Source of the DNA: Verrucomicrobiota bacterium
Lineage (GTDB): Bacteria > Verrucomicrobiota > Verrucomicrobiia > Limisphaerales > AAA164-E04
Assembly (NCBI GenBank): GCA_047947115.1
Contig: CP170459.1
Coordinates: forward strand, 832,001-896,000
DNA length: 64,000 bases
Direction of reading: 5' to 3'
A model generated the notes under the pieces. The model searched no databases. It had not been told where the DNA came from and saw only the letters and a program-made list of their open reading frames with translations. Below are positions 39,327 to 50,695 of this stretch, piece by piece. A program made the position numbers and the translations under genes. The stretch's first letter is position 1; each line of letters begins with the position of its first letter.

Positions 39327-40166
39327 ATGCGTATTGATGCCCATCAGCATTTCTGGGAGTACGATCCGGAAGACTATCCCTGGATCACCGAAGAACTCGG
39401 TGTGCTCCGGCGTAGTTTTTTACCGCCGCACCTGATGCCGGAACTGGTGAAATCCGATCTGGATGGATCCATTGCCGTTCAAGCAAGACAGACCCTGGAA
39501 GAATCGAGATGGCTGCTCCGGTTGTCGGAGCAAAACCCCGGCATATTGGGGGTGGTCGGCTGGGTGGACCTCTGCTCCGATCAGGTTGAAGAACAACTTC
39601 AGGAATTCGCAAAGCATCCGCAATTTGTCGGCGTTCGACACGTGGTACAGGATGAACCGGATGACAACTTCATGCTGCGATCCGACTTTCAGCATGGAAT
39701 ATCAAAACTCAAGGAATTCGGTTTGACTTATGACATCCTTGTGTTTCCGAAGCAACTGTCCGCGGCCATCGAACTGGTCAGGAAGTTCCCGGACCAACCC
39801 TTCGTCATCGACCACATCGCCAAACCACAAATCCGCGACAAAACAATCGCCCCCTGGGACGACTACATGAGACAACTCGCATCGTTCTCCAACGTCTGCT
39901 GCAAAGTGTCGGGAATGGTCACCGAAGCGGACTGGAAGGAATGGCAGGCAAAGGACATGAAACCTTATCTCGATGTGGTCTTTGATGCATTCGGTCCGGA
40001 TCGACTGATGTTCGGCACGGACTGGCCGGTGTGCCAATTGGCCGGAGAATATCAATCTGTATTTGACGTGGTGCATTCTTACATGAGCTCACTGTCGGAC
40101 GCAGAACGCGCCGCGGTCATGGGCGGCACGGCGGCGAAATTCTATGGAGTTGCCAAACGCCCCTGA
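39327..40166 (+). CDS. Amidohydrolase_2 family sugar lactonase (L-fuconolactonase-like)
   Basis: RIDAHQHFW, GVVGWVDL, DHIAKP, CKVSG, FGTDWPVC. Confidence 0.85.
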   Translation: MRIDAHQHFWEYDPEDYPWITEELGVLRRSFLPPHLMPELVKSDLDGSIAVQARQTLEESRWLLRLSEQNPGILGVVGWVDLCSDQVEEQLQEFAKHPQFVGVRHVVQDEPDDNFMLRSDFQHGISKLKEFGLTYDILVFPKQLSAAIELVRKFPDQPFVIDHIAKPQIRDKTIAPWDDYMRQLASFSNVCCKVSGMVTEADWKEWQAKDMKPYLDVVFDAFGPDRLMFGTDWPVCQLAGEYQSVFDVVHSYMSSLSDAERAAVMGGTAAKFYGVAKRP

Positions 40167-40221
40167 CATCAATCAAGCCAAGGCACCAAACGAAACAGAA
40201 CTCTTTCATTTCAGGAAACCA

Positions 40222-43002
40222 ATGAATCCCCTGCACGAACAGATTCAGGAAATTGCCGTTCAAAAACTTGTCGGGAAAAGCAATCTTCGCAACGAAGCGA
40301 TTGATATGGCCCCCTATCAGTCCTACCTGAAGAAAGTCACCCTTAAACTGCGAACCGAACATCGCACAGGAAGTTCCGGAATCAACATCGTCCATGCCCG
40401 ATCCTTCATGATGGACTTGTTGATCCAACAACTGTTCAAGGATGTGTCCACATTGTATGCCGAGGAAATCCCTGCGAAAGCGCAGTTGGCGGCGGTAGCT
40501 TTCGGCGGATACGGAAGACACGAACTGAATCCGCAAAGCGATGTGGACATCATGATCCTCAGTGAAGGTGGATTCAAAAAACATGGCGGAGCCGAAAAGT
40601 GGATGGAAAAGTTCTGTGCCCTATTCCATCAAACATTGCTCGATCTCAAACTTAAACTGGGATACATCACGCGCAACATTGACGACTGTGTTCACTTTTC
40701 AAATGAAGACGTAAAAACCAAGACGTCCTTGATCGAAACTCGTTTGCTGGCAGGAAATGGCACGGTTTATCAGAACATGCAGAAGGCGATGCTCGAGCAA
40801 TGCGTTCAGGGAAAGGAAAACGAATACCTCGCGGCCCGACTAAACGACCAGCGCACACGCAGACAGCGCTACGGAAACACGCCTTTCATGCAGGAACCGG
40901 AGATCAAGAACGGTTGCGGAGGATTGCGTGATTATCAAAACCTGATCTGGATGGCCTATTTTAAATATCGGGTCAAATCATTGGAAGATCTGGAGAAAAA
41001 CCGCCACATCAACAAGGCTGAGTACCGACACCTGAGCGAAGCATACGATTTCCTGCAACGTGTGCGAAACGAAATGCATTACCGGAAGAACCGGGCGGAG
41101 GACAAACTGTACAAAAGCATCCAACCTCAGATTGCCTACGGTCTGGGATTCAAGGAAACGTCTCCCAGCAAGCGCATCGAAGCCTTCATGCAGATGGTTT
41201 ACTTCCACATGCGCCAAATCTTCCTGCTCACCCGGCAACTGGAAGAAAGCCTGGCACTGGATCCCAAACCCAAGGCAAAACCTTTCTGGCATAAATTCTT
41301 TCCAAAAACCAAAGAAGTCGAACCACCCAAACCGGTGGATGGTTTTCATATTGAAGAGGAATGGATTCGCGCCCAATCATGGCGTGTCTTCCGTGAACAA
41401 CCTCGTCGGATGATGCGTATCTTTCTGCAGGCACAGCAACGAGGCCTGCGCATCCACCCCCGCACCGCCCAGATGATGCGGCATGGTTTGCAAATCATCA
41501 AAAATTCCTTTCTGACAGATGAACATGTCCGGGAAACCTTTCTGGAAATCCTGACCGAACGCGGCAACGTCAGCCAGATTCTCCGCATGATGCACGAGGT
41601 GGGTGTTCTCGGTAAATACATCCCTGAATTCGGCAAACTGACCGGCATGGTGCAGCATGAGTTCTTCCACATGTATACCGCCGATGAACACACACTCATG
41701 TGTCTCGAACACCTGGACCGTATCTGGGACGCAAATGGGAATTATCACAAACACTACACAGGGGTTTTTCAAGACCTGGAAAATCCACATCTGCTTTACC
41801 TTGCCCTCCTCCTTCACGACACCGGCAAAGCCACCAAAAAGAAAAGTCGCTCCCATTCTGATATAGGAATTGATCTGGCACTGCGCGTCGCCGAACGTCT
41901 CGACCTCCCGGAGGACCACCGCAAAACTTTGGCCCTGTTGGTGGAACACCACCTGACCATGGCAGAAATCTCGCAACGTCGAGACCTGGAAGACAATGAA
42001 GAAATTCAGCGTTTCGCGGAAATTGTCGGAACGGTGGAACGACTCGACATGCTGTTGCTCCTGACCTTTTCAGATTCCATGGGCACCAGTGACGAACTAT
42101 GGACGGGATTCAAAGAAGCCCTGATCTGGACCCTTTATGATCGCGCCCGCCACATTCTTTCCGGCAACCCCCTGGAACAACAGGAAATTGCTGAAGAGAA
42201 GGAAGAAATCCGCACATGGCTGCGCGGGCAGCTCCGTCCAAGCGTCAAGGATGACGAAATCGACGCTCATATGGAGCACATGCCGAAGCGCTACTTTAGA
42301 AACCGGCCCCGAGCCATGATGGCTCAGGACATCACACTGGCTCACCGGTTCATGTGGCGTCAGGTCAGCCGACAGGATCGCGCCCTTGAACCCATTGTTC
42401 ATTGGCGTCATGAACGCGATCGCGGTTATTCAGTGGTGGATGTCTGCACATGGGATCGCCCCGCCATCTTCACCAAATTCACAGGAGCCCTCACTGCAGC
42501 GGGCCTGAACATTTTGAGTGCACGCATTTTTTCACGTGGCGACGGCATCGTGCTGGATAGCTTTGAAGTCGTCGATGCCGGTACTGGCGTACTGGTTAAA
42601 AAACACAAACGCGACAAATTCAGCAAGATCATCAAAGAGGTTCTGACGGGCAGAGCCAACCTGGAGAAGCTGGTGGAGAAAGCCTGCCAAACTCCCCCGC
42701 TCTATCAAGTCGTCGAGCGCGATTCCATCCCCACAAAGGTTGAGTTCGACAACGATCGTCTCCCCAGAAGAACGATCGTGGAAATCGAGACGGAAGATCA
42801 GGTGGGCTTGCTCTACAAAGTGTCACACGTCTTCGCATCGCTGGACATCGACCTTTCCTACGCCAAGATCCTCACCGAAAAGGGGGCTGCCGTGGATAGT
42901 TTCTATATCAAAAACGCCGAAGGTGAAAAAATCACGTCCGCAAAGGAACAAAAAATCATTACCAAGGCCCTGACCGAAGCATTGACGCTGACCAATCGTT
43001 GA
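40222..43002 (+). CDS. glnD: Bifunctional [protein-PII] uridylyltransferase/uridylyl-removing enzyme
   Basis: GGYGR..L.PQSDVD, EPEIKNGCGGLRD, HMYTADEH, LLHDTGK, two C-terminal ACT domains. Confidence 0.95.
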   Translation: MNPLHEQIQEIAVQKLVGKSNLRNEAIDMAPYQSYLKKVTLKLRTEHRTGSSGINIVHARSFMMDLLIQQLFKDVSTLYAEEIPAKAQLAAVAFGGYGRHELNPQSDVDIMILSEGGFKKHGGAEKWMEKFCALFHQTLLDLKLKLGYITRNIDDCVHFSNEDVKTKTSLIETRLLAGNGTVYQNMQKAMLEQCVQGKENEYLAARLNDQRTRRQRYGNTPFMQEPEIKNGCGGLRDYQNLIWMAYFKYRVKSLEDLEKNRHINKAEYRHLSEAYDFLQRVRNEMHYRKNRAEDKLYKSIQPQIAYGLGFKETSPSKRIEAFMQMVYFHMRQIFLLTRQLEESLALDPKPKAKPFWHKFFPKTKEVEPPKPVDGFHIEEEWIRAQSWRVFREQPRRMMRIFLQAQQRGLRIHPRTAQMMRHGLQIIKNSFLTDEHVRETFLEILTERGNVSQILRMMHEVGVLGKYIPEFGKLTGMVQHEFFHMYTADEHTLMCLEHLDRIWDANGNYHKHYTGVFQDLENPHLLYLALLLHDTGKATKKKSRSHSDIGIDLALRVAERLDLPEDHRKTLALLVEHHLTMAEISQRRDLEDNEEIQRFAEIVGTVERLDMLLLLTFSDSMGTSDELWTGFKEALIWTLYDRARHILSGNPLEQQEIAEEKEEIRTWLRGQLRPSVKDDEIDAHMEHMPKRYFRNRPRAMMAQDITLAHRFMWRQVSRQDRALEPIVHWRHERDRGYSVVDVCTWDRPAIFTKFTGALTAAGLNILSARIFSRGDGIVLDSFEVVDAGTGVLVKKHKRDKFSKIIKEVLTGRANLEKLVEKACQTPPLYQVVERDSIPTKVEFDNDRLPRRTIVEIETEDQVGLLYKVSHVFASLDIDLSYAKILTEKGAAVDSFYIKNAEGEKITSAKEQKIITKALTEALTLTNR

Positions 43003-43023
43003 ACCACTCTTGCCGGACACATC

Positions 43024-43569
43024 ATGAAATCACCTGTCATTCGATTATTCCTGATAGCTTTGAACGTGATAGCGCTGGATCAGGTGACAAAGTGGATGGT
43101 CACCGAGCGCTTGGCGCTTGACGAACAACGCGAATGGGTCGAGGGTTTCTTCCGCCTGGTTCACTGGGGAAACACCGGTGCAGCCTGGAGCATGTTTCGC
43201 GGCAACAACCATATCCTGGCAGGCGTGGCAATCATCGCGGTCGTGGTGCTCTTCATGGCGCGCAGACAGTTCGACGCTCATCGCCCCATCGGACAGATTG
43301 CGCTGGGGCTGATGTTCGGAGGAATCATCGGCAACCTGATCGATCGCTTTAGGATAGGTCACGTGGTGGATTTTATTTACTTTTTCACCTATCGAAAAGG
43401 TGGAGGAGAAATCGGTTTTCCAGCCTTCAACATCGCAGATTCGGCCATCTGTGTCGGAGTCTCCTTCCTATTTATTATCTCCATCCAAAAAGACATGGCA
43501 TCCAAAACACCCCCAACCCTGACACCCAGCGGTCCACCCAAACAAGGCGAACTGGACCTGAAACCTTGA
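43024..43569 (+). CDS. lspA: Lipoprotein signal peptidase II
   Basis: DQVTK, NTGAAWS, GNLIDR, VVDF, FNIADSAI. Confidence 0.95.
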   Translation: MKSPVIRLFLIALNVIALDQVTKWMVTERLALDEQREWVEGFFRLVHWGNTGAAWSMFRGNNHILAGVAIIAVVVLFMARRQFDAHRPIGQIALGLMFGGIIGNLIDRFRIGHVVDFIYFFTYRKGGGEIGFPAFNIADSAICVGVSFLFIISIQKDMASKTPPTLTPSGPPKQGELDLKP

Positions 43570-43581
43570 CTTTCCTCAGGG

Positions 43582-44538
43582 ATGCAACCCCATTCGGCAG
43601 AGGAAAAAGCGCTCCTGAAGTCCGCGCTCTGGATTGCAGGCCCCACCGCCTCCGGCAAAAGCGCCCTGGCTCTGGAACTGGCTCACGCAATGGACGGGGA
43701 GATCATCTCGGTCGATTCCATGCAGGTTTACAGAGGTATGGATATCGGCACCGCCAAACCCACAAAGGAAGAACAACAGCAGGTGCGTCACCACATGATC
43801 GATCTGGTGGAAGTGGACGTACCATTTGACGTGGCGCGCTTCCGGAGAGAAGCCTTGCTGGCGGCCTTGAACATTGCCAATCGACAACGCCGCATCCTGT
43901 TCTGCGGAGGCACCGGGTTCTACTTTCAAGCTCTTATACAAGGCATCGGCCATGCGCCTCCTTCGGATACTTTATTGAGGGAAGCGCTGAATGAACAATC
44001 GATCGAATCACTTTTGGATGAACTGGCAGGCACTGATCCGGCAACTTTCGAACGTATCGACCGCCAAAACAAACGCAAAATCGTCCGGGCCCTGGAGGTC
44101 GTTCGACTCACCGGGAAATCATTCACAACCTTCAAATCCGACTGGACCACCAACCCACTGATTGATCCCTCACGCTTCTGGATATTGGAACAGGAAACGG
44201 ACGCCCTCCGCGAACGGATAAACCAACGCGTCGATACCATGATAAAAACGGGTTGGATCGATGAAACCAAACGATTACTAGAAACCGGTCTTAGAAAAAA
44301 CACCACCGCGTGCCAGGCGATCGGCTACCGCCAAATCATGGACTACCTGAATGACAAACTGTCCCTTGAAGAAACCATATCCCTCATCAAAACCAAAACC
44401 TGGCAATTCGCAAAACGCCAACGCACCTGGTTCCGCCACCAAGCCCGCGGCACACAAATCCAAACGACACCAGGGAATCGACAGGAAACAATCAAAACGC
44501 TCATACAAAACATTCTGCGGGAACCTGCCAATAAGTAG
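43582..44538 (+). CDS. miaA: tRNA dimethylallyltransferase
   Basis: GPTASGKS, SVDSMQVYRGMDIGTAKP, GGTGFY, AKRQRTWF. Confidence 0.97.
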   Translation: MQPHSAEEKALLKSALWIAGPTASGKSALALELAHAMDGEIISVDSMQVYRGMDIGTAKPTKEEQQQVRHHMIDLVEVDVPFDVARFRREALLAALNIANRQRRILFCGGTGFYFQALIQGIGHAPPSDTLLREALNEQSIESLLDELAGTDPATFERIDRQNKRKIVRALEVVRLTGKSFTTFKSDWTTNPLIDPSRFWILEQETDALRERINQRVDTMIKTGWIDETKRLLETGLRKNTTACQAIGYRQIMDYLNDKLSLEETISLIKTKTWQFAKRQRTWFRHQARGTQIQTTPGNRQETIKTLIQNILREPANK

Positions 44539-44613
44539 ATCGTGTCGTCTCTGGCGCGCGCCTTGACATCTTCAAATCATCATCTATCCAAGTTTCGGGA
44601 CTCACGCTGTTCA

Positions 44614-47600
44614 TCACTGTTCAAGGGATTGTAACATTTCAAGGCGAGTCCATTTGTTTCGATCCGTATCGTCCCGGATTTGATTTGAGTTGGCATTGAA
44701 ATATGCTTCCAATTCTTTTTTCTTTTCCTGAAGCAACGGTGTCATTCTCAGGGGAACTCCTTGTTCACGTAACCACTGCAGGGCTTCACGGTTGGCATCC
44801 ATCACTGTTTGTTCCAGTGGTAGCAGATCATTAGGCCCGAGTTGTGCGCGAAGTTGAGGAAAATCGGAAATCAATTCACCCAGGAACTTTTGCGTGGCAG
44901 GCCTGCTTTCCATGCTTCCAAAATGATTCCAAAAGGTTTCATAAGCGACTTCTTCTCGTTTTTCTTACGGTAACAAACTCATCAGCCCCTTCGCCGGCTC
45001 TATGTGCCGGTCAACAAACAAAGCCCAATCGATGGCGCGGTAAACCCATATCATCTTTGAGATTAGGGTTTATATGATGAACGACGGGATCAATATCACC
45101 CTGGCCAGACGCTAGCTTCATCAGTTCATTGAGGAGATAATGTTCTGTTCTACGCGACATTAAGGATTGAATGGGTGTTACTCCCACGAAATTTTGAGAA
45201 TTGATATCCGCTCCATGCTTGATTAACAGCCGTGTTATTTCGTCACCTAACACCACACCCACATGCAGCGGAGATGTCCACCCCCATAGTTGATCGCGGT
45301 CATCGGGCTTCGATTCCATAACTAAATTTTTCCTTATGCCCATTATTAGAAGAGTTGAAATCTCGTACATTTGGAAATAAGTAGACTCTTTTGGCTGAGA
45401 TCGAGATGAAAATAATCCGCTGCGCCAAAAGAAGTCATCTGCTTCCTCTACCACTCCCATCCTATTAGGATCAGCTCCGTGGTTGAGAAGCAGCTGCGCT
45501 ATTTCCAATTGCTTGTGAGGCTCTAAAATGGAATGCGCGAGTTGAGAGAGCAACGGGGTCAATCCGCAACGATTGGTGACGTTCACATTAGCTCCCTTTT
45601 CAATGAACAGCTCACTCATTTTAGTGAAGCCAAGCAGTGAACTGTAATGCAGCGGACTATTCCCTGCAGTTAAGAATGTGGTAAAAAGTTGAGAATTACG
45701 ACCACCACGCCGTCCTTGTTCGATTGTTGGCAATCCCTGACCAAGATATATATTCCTACCAGGATTGCCATTACTCCGGTTAAATCCAGTGACTTGATTC
45801 AGGTCCGCACCAGCCTCAACCAATGCCGTTGCAATCGCCAAGAACCCTTTTACAGCGGCAATATGCAGTGGTGAGGAATAAAAAGGCTCCATAGCATTCA
45901 AATCAATACCACCCATTTGAATCAAGTGTTCCACAACGCTGAGATTTCCCCTTTCGACAGCAATGTGCAAAGCCGTTTTGCCAGAACGGTCCCGCACATT
46001 CATGTCGGTTCCCTGCTCTGCAAGAAAATCAATGACTTTAAGGTAACCATTCATCGCTGCTTGATGAATAGGCGCCTGCCCATGAATAGTTACATGAGTG
46101 AGTAAATCCGGTTGTTCTCGCAACTTGGCTTTCAAATCATTGAGCATGGTTTCCTCCGGACTAGGGGAAACTTTCACCGATTGAGATCCTTGAACCCTAG
46201 GAGGATCGTTCCAATATCCGCAACTTGACTTTAAGCTGCTCGATCGATTGCCCCACAACTTCCTTCATCTGTTTCTGAACAGAATCCAGTTTGGCTTTTT
46301 GCTCTTGGATACGAGGATGGGCCTCGCCCAATACTTGCAATAAACCCTCTAACTCGGTTGTCAGAATTGATTTTTCGTTCAACAGGTTGGTCGGCACTTT
46401 GTGATCCGTTTCCTGGATGAGCATCTGGATGGCAAGGTCGGTGGATGCTTTTTCCAGTTCTTCGATGAAGAGTTTGAGCGTCTCAGGCTGATCCACGAGT
46501 TTTGGAACGTTATTGCTCTCGGCAGCATTGTCAGCATTCTCCAGGATACGAAGCTTTATCCTCAACTGCTCAATGAAGGTTTGCACAGACTCATATAGTT
46601 GGTCGTAGATAAAATCTCGTTTCGCTTTCAGTTCCGCATACAATAGGTGTTTCTCCTTTAATTTTGACAGCTCGAATTCGGCGTCCAATTTTTCCTTTAA
46701 CAATTCAGCAGGCAATTCTATTTCCGCCTCCTTTTTCAACATTTGAAGTGCGACATCGGTGGAAGCTTTTTCAAGCTCATCGATGAGAACTCTTAAAGTT
46801 TCAGCTCGATCAACCAACTTGATTGATCGAATGCCAGGAAGAATTTCTGCTGAATCTTGAGAGGATTGCACCGTTCCACCCCCTTCCTTTCGATTCAATG
46901 CTTTTAATCTGATTTCCAGGAATTTGACTGCTTTTGTAGCATGCTCCCGCATCTGTTTCTCTAACGCAGAAACTTTGAGCTGCTGTTCAACGAGCGGCGG
47001 CCACTTTTCCTTATATCGGGTGCGAAGCTGAGCAAGTTCGGCTTGGGCGATCCGGTATTGACTCAGCAAATCTCCGGCAAGTGTATCTTTCGTAAATTCC
47101 ACCAACATCTGCATAGCTTCGTCGGGAGAGGCCTCTTTGATTTGATCCATGACAAAGTCCAACGATTCTGGATGATTCATGAGCGTTTCATCGCTTGAAA
47201 TGATGAAAGGATTAACCTTTGGTTGCTCACGCTTGGGGACAAATCTCTGACTCAACATTACAAGACTCTGCTTGTCAGGAAACTCCCTGACGATGCGCTC
47301 ATAAAGCGGAGCCGCTTCATCGATGCGGCCGAGTTTACGGAGTGATTCGGCCAGTCGATACATGCTCATCGCGAGCACATCGCGTTGGGCGTCGTAGGTA
47401 GTGAGGATGGATTGATAATGTTCGACCGCTTTCTCCAGGTCCTGATGCACTTCTTCCTGAATCAAACCCTGATCGAATTGCTCGCGCCAATTCAATTCGG
47501 CCGAAAAAATGGATAGAGTAGACAAACAGGCAAGAAGAAACAGGACTGCGCATTCTTTGCCCAGATGAAACAGTCTCCCTTCAAATCCTTTTCCCACCTC

Positions 47601-47684
47601 TGCGCCTCCGCGCCTCGAGCGCAGCGGGCGTGAGATAAGTAGATGGCGACGATACGGGTTTTGATAATCTTTCATGACAGTCAT
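44614..47684 (-). pseudogene. Disrupted exported TPR, 3x helical repeat, ankyrin protein (ORF pieces 46197-47684, 45011-46258, 44614-44913)
   Basis: Pieces join through +1 shifts near 46200 and 45043 and an in-frame TAA at 44965-44967; TPR YRLAESLRKLGRIDEA; ankyrin GKTALHIA, SPLH, TPL. Confidence 0.7.
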
Positions 47685-47735
47685 TATGTGATGATTGTTT
47701 CAAACTCATTGAAATGGATTGTGCATGGCAAGTTG

Positions 47736-48452
47736 TCAGGGTTTTGTGAATGTTTCCTTCAAAACAAGCCGATAACCCACTCCATGCACGGTTTGGATCC
47801 AGCGGGGTTCGTCCGGTTTGGATTCCAGTTTCTTTCGCAGTTGCAGGATGTGGGTATCCACGGTGCGCGTGGAGGGAAAGGCCGTGAATCCCCAGACTTG
47901 ATCCAAAAACTGATCCCGACTCACCGGTGAACCTTCCGCCTGCGCCAACAGACGCAACATGGCGTACTCGCGAGCCGTCAATTCGAGAGAACATCCTTTG
48001 CGAGTAGCTTCCTGTCGTGCCAGATCAATTCGAATATTGCCCAGATTTAGAATGGTTGGTCCTTCCGATCGTTGTTTGCGTCGGAGCAATGCCCGGATGC
48101 GGGCGAGCAGTTCTTCGGTGCTGAAGGGTTTGATCAGATAATCGTCCGCGCCGGCGTCCAGTCCCTGCACCCGATCGTTGACCTGTCCTTTTGCGGTCAA
48201 CATCAGGACAGGAACCAAGGAACCGGCCTGGCGCAACGAAACACAGACGTTGAAACCGCTCATGCCCGGCATCATCACATCCAGTAAAAGCAGATCCGGT
48301 TTCTCCTGGAGGGCCTTCTCCAGGCCGTCCGGACCATCCGACGCAGTCATGATTCGATACCCCTCATGCGCCAGACAATCCTCCAGGGCGCGGCGCATGG
48401 GCAGCTCATCTTCCACGATCAGAATGCGTGCTTTCGGCAGTGACTCGTTCAC
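47736..48452 (-). CDS. OmpR-family response regulator
   Basis: ILIVEDE, LLDVMMP, MLTAKG, GADDYLIKPF, RTVDTHI..LRKKLE, TVHGVGY; GTG start overlaps the kinase stop. Confidence 0.95.
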   Translation of the reverse strand: MNESLPKARILIVEDELPMRRALEDCLAHEGYRIMTASDGPDGLEKALQEKPDLLLLDVMMPGMSGFNVCVSLRQAGSLVPVLMLTAKGQVNDRVQGLDAGADDYLIKPFSTEELLARIRALLRRKQRSEGPTILNLGNIRIDLARQEATRKGCSLELTAREYAMLRLLAQAEGSPVSRDQFLDQVWGFTAFPSTRTVDTHILQLRKKLESKPDEPRWIQTVHGVGYRLVLKETFTKP

Positions 48453-50574
48453 AGCATTCCTTTCTGTTTCGGTAGAAGCGGCAGGGACAAGACGAAACAC
48501 GCCCCGCCGTCCGGCGCTTGTTCCACTCGAACACTTCCCTGATGTGCCTGCGCTGTGTGCCAGACCAGGTTGAGTCCAATGCCAACACCCTTTGTCCTGC
48601 GGGTCATTTCGGATCCCAATCGTTCGAATGGCCTAAAGATACGCTCCCGATCTGCGGGATCAATTCCGGGCCCCTGATCGATCACACAAAAATCAATGCA
48701 CGCATTCTCCTCACGCAAGACAAGCTCAGCACGCACCACGCTACCCTTCGCAGTGTGTTTGACGGCATTATCGATGAGATTGACCAAGGCCTGGTGGATG
48801 GCTTGTCCATCCCACATGGCATCGGGCAAAGCTGGGGTATCACTTTGAGACAGATGCCTCACCTCTGACTGAAGCTTGACCTGAACACTGGCAGCCAAGG
48901 GTTCCATGAGCCTCAGCGTTTCCCCAAACAAACGCGTGATATCGACGGCTTCGAAGCTGTAATCACGTTTCCCCAATTCAAGCCGGGAGAACTGGAGGAT
49001 GTTTTGCACCAAAGCACTCAGGCGACGGCATTCCAGTCCGATCCATTGAAAGTAATCCTGACGCTCGGCATCGGTGCGCCCCTTCTGATGGCTCAAGTTT
49101 TCGGTCATCAGCCGAATCGAAGCAATCGGCGCTCGCAATTCATGGGACACACTTGCCACAAAATTGCTCTTCATGCGCCCCAGTTCCACCTGACGTCTGA
49201 ACGCCTTCCATTGCGCAACCCATCCGACCAAACCAGTAACCCCGGCGAGTCCGATCAGCCACAGCATGGATCGAGTGCGCTGGCGTGATAGGGCGAAGTA
49301 GGATTCGGGATTCTTGAGCACACAACGCAAACGAACCGGAGCCGATGTCTCAGAATCCAATGTCACCTCCATAGGTTCCAAAGTCGATTCACTGGTTTCA
49401 TCATCAAACCATGACCCATCTTTTGGCGGGAGAGTCAGAATATCTCTGCCAGCGATTTCAATGGTGAGTTGAAATAAGGATGCATCACCGATGGAACCAA
49501 GCCCCTCTCTCAACCATTACCAACAGATCTTTCGATCATTTGTTTTTCGGTGAGTAGAAAAATAGATTTTTCAACTGTTCCCTTGGAACGTAAAAGAAGA
49601 TAGGAGGAATTATTCAAATCCACCCATCGTGGTTTAAAAGATTGGTCTTGAGCCCACTCTCCCCATTGTTCTTTGGGAGTCAATCGATAGAAACCTCGCA
49701 CCACCTCCGTTTGATCAAGGTAATTTAAAATCGATCGTCCATAGTGGTATTCTCCTACTTTTTGTTCCACTTCGATAAAACATTTTACTATTTGCTTTGT
49801 CCATGGATTCGGATTTCGACTTAGTCGCGAAGCAATAGGTGAAAAATGCGCACCGAGAAGCCCCTTTCGCCGTATGTCATCAGGTATCCCATCAAACAAG
49901 GGCTCTATCAACTGCAATTCGAGAAAATCCACAGCTACTTTCAGGGGCATACCCGATTCAATAAGAACATCATCGGCGACTGTCTCTCGAAAGGATTTTA
50001 AGAGGTCATGCGTTTCTTCAAATCGCCCCAATCGAAGCATTAATACCAACTTGCGGTAAGCCATTAAGGCATCAAAAGGCTCTGGTGGATTCTGTTTCTG
50101 AAAAACCTCGGCACTATTGTGTGCCATTTGTAAGTCCAAATTCGAATGAGCTTGTTGCCAGAGAACAGATTCAAATTCACTCAACCGTGCCCACGGCAAA
50201 GGTTTCGGGTCGGGCAACACTTCGGCAATGGGCCACTCGGGTAAGAGGCACTCCCCTGTTGGATCGATCAAAAGGTGCATTTGATAGGGTGATTGTTGAG
50301 GAAACACAGGAGTCTCTACTTGTGGATTAACAGAATGAGCCCACCTAAGATTGTGATCCACTCGTTTGATTGCTCTGGACGCTGCCTTTTGGATGATTTC
50401 GTAGGCTTCCTGACGAGCAAGTTTTCTTTCCTGGTAAACGATCCACGATCCGATCACCACCAAGGCCAAAACAGGAGCCAAAGACAACCAGGCCCGCCAG
50501 GCTAAACGAGGCTTTTGGAACTCGGTGGATGGAACGGTTTTCATGCGGTTTTGTAACTGGATTGCATCAAACAT
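48449..50574 (-). pseudogene. Membrane sensor histidine kinase split by a one-base frameshift near 49516
   Basis: Upstream ORF has TM1 and a periplasmic domain; downstream ORF has TM2, SVSHELRAP, NLIDNAVKH, DQGPGI, GVGIGL. Confidence 0.8.
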
Positions 50575-50695
50575 TAGAATCGACTCTCACTATCTGCAAT
50601 CCATTAAACCCGAAAGCCTTCACCCAGATGTCAAGGTTCTGTCAAATCGGTGGAGTTGAGTTTTGTATGTTCTGGGGTGTTCCTCTGGGCGATGG

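Noticed and set aside
46195..46210. Programmed +1 frameshift at TCC TAG
   Set aside because: A shifty stop is conceivable, but a further frameshift, a nonsense codon and the broken kinase make decay or assembly error simpler explanations.
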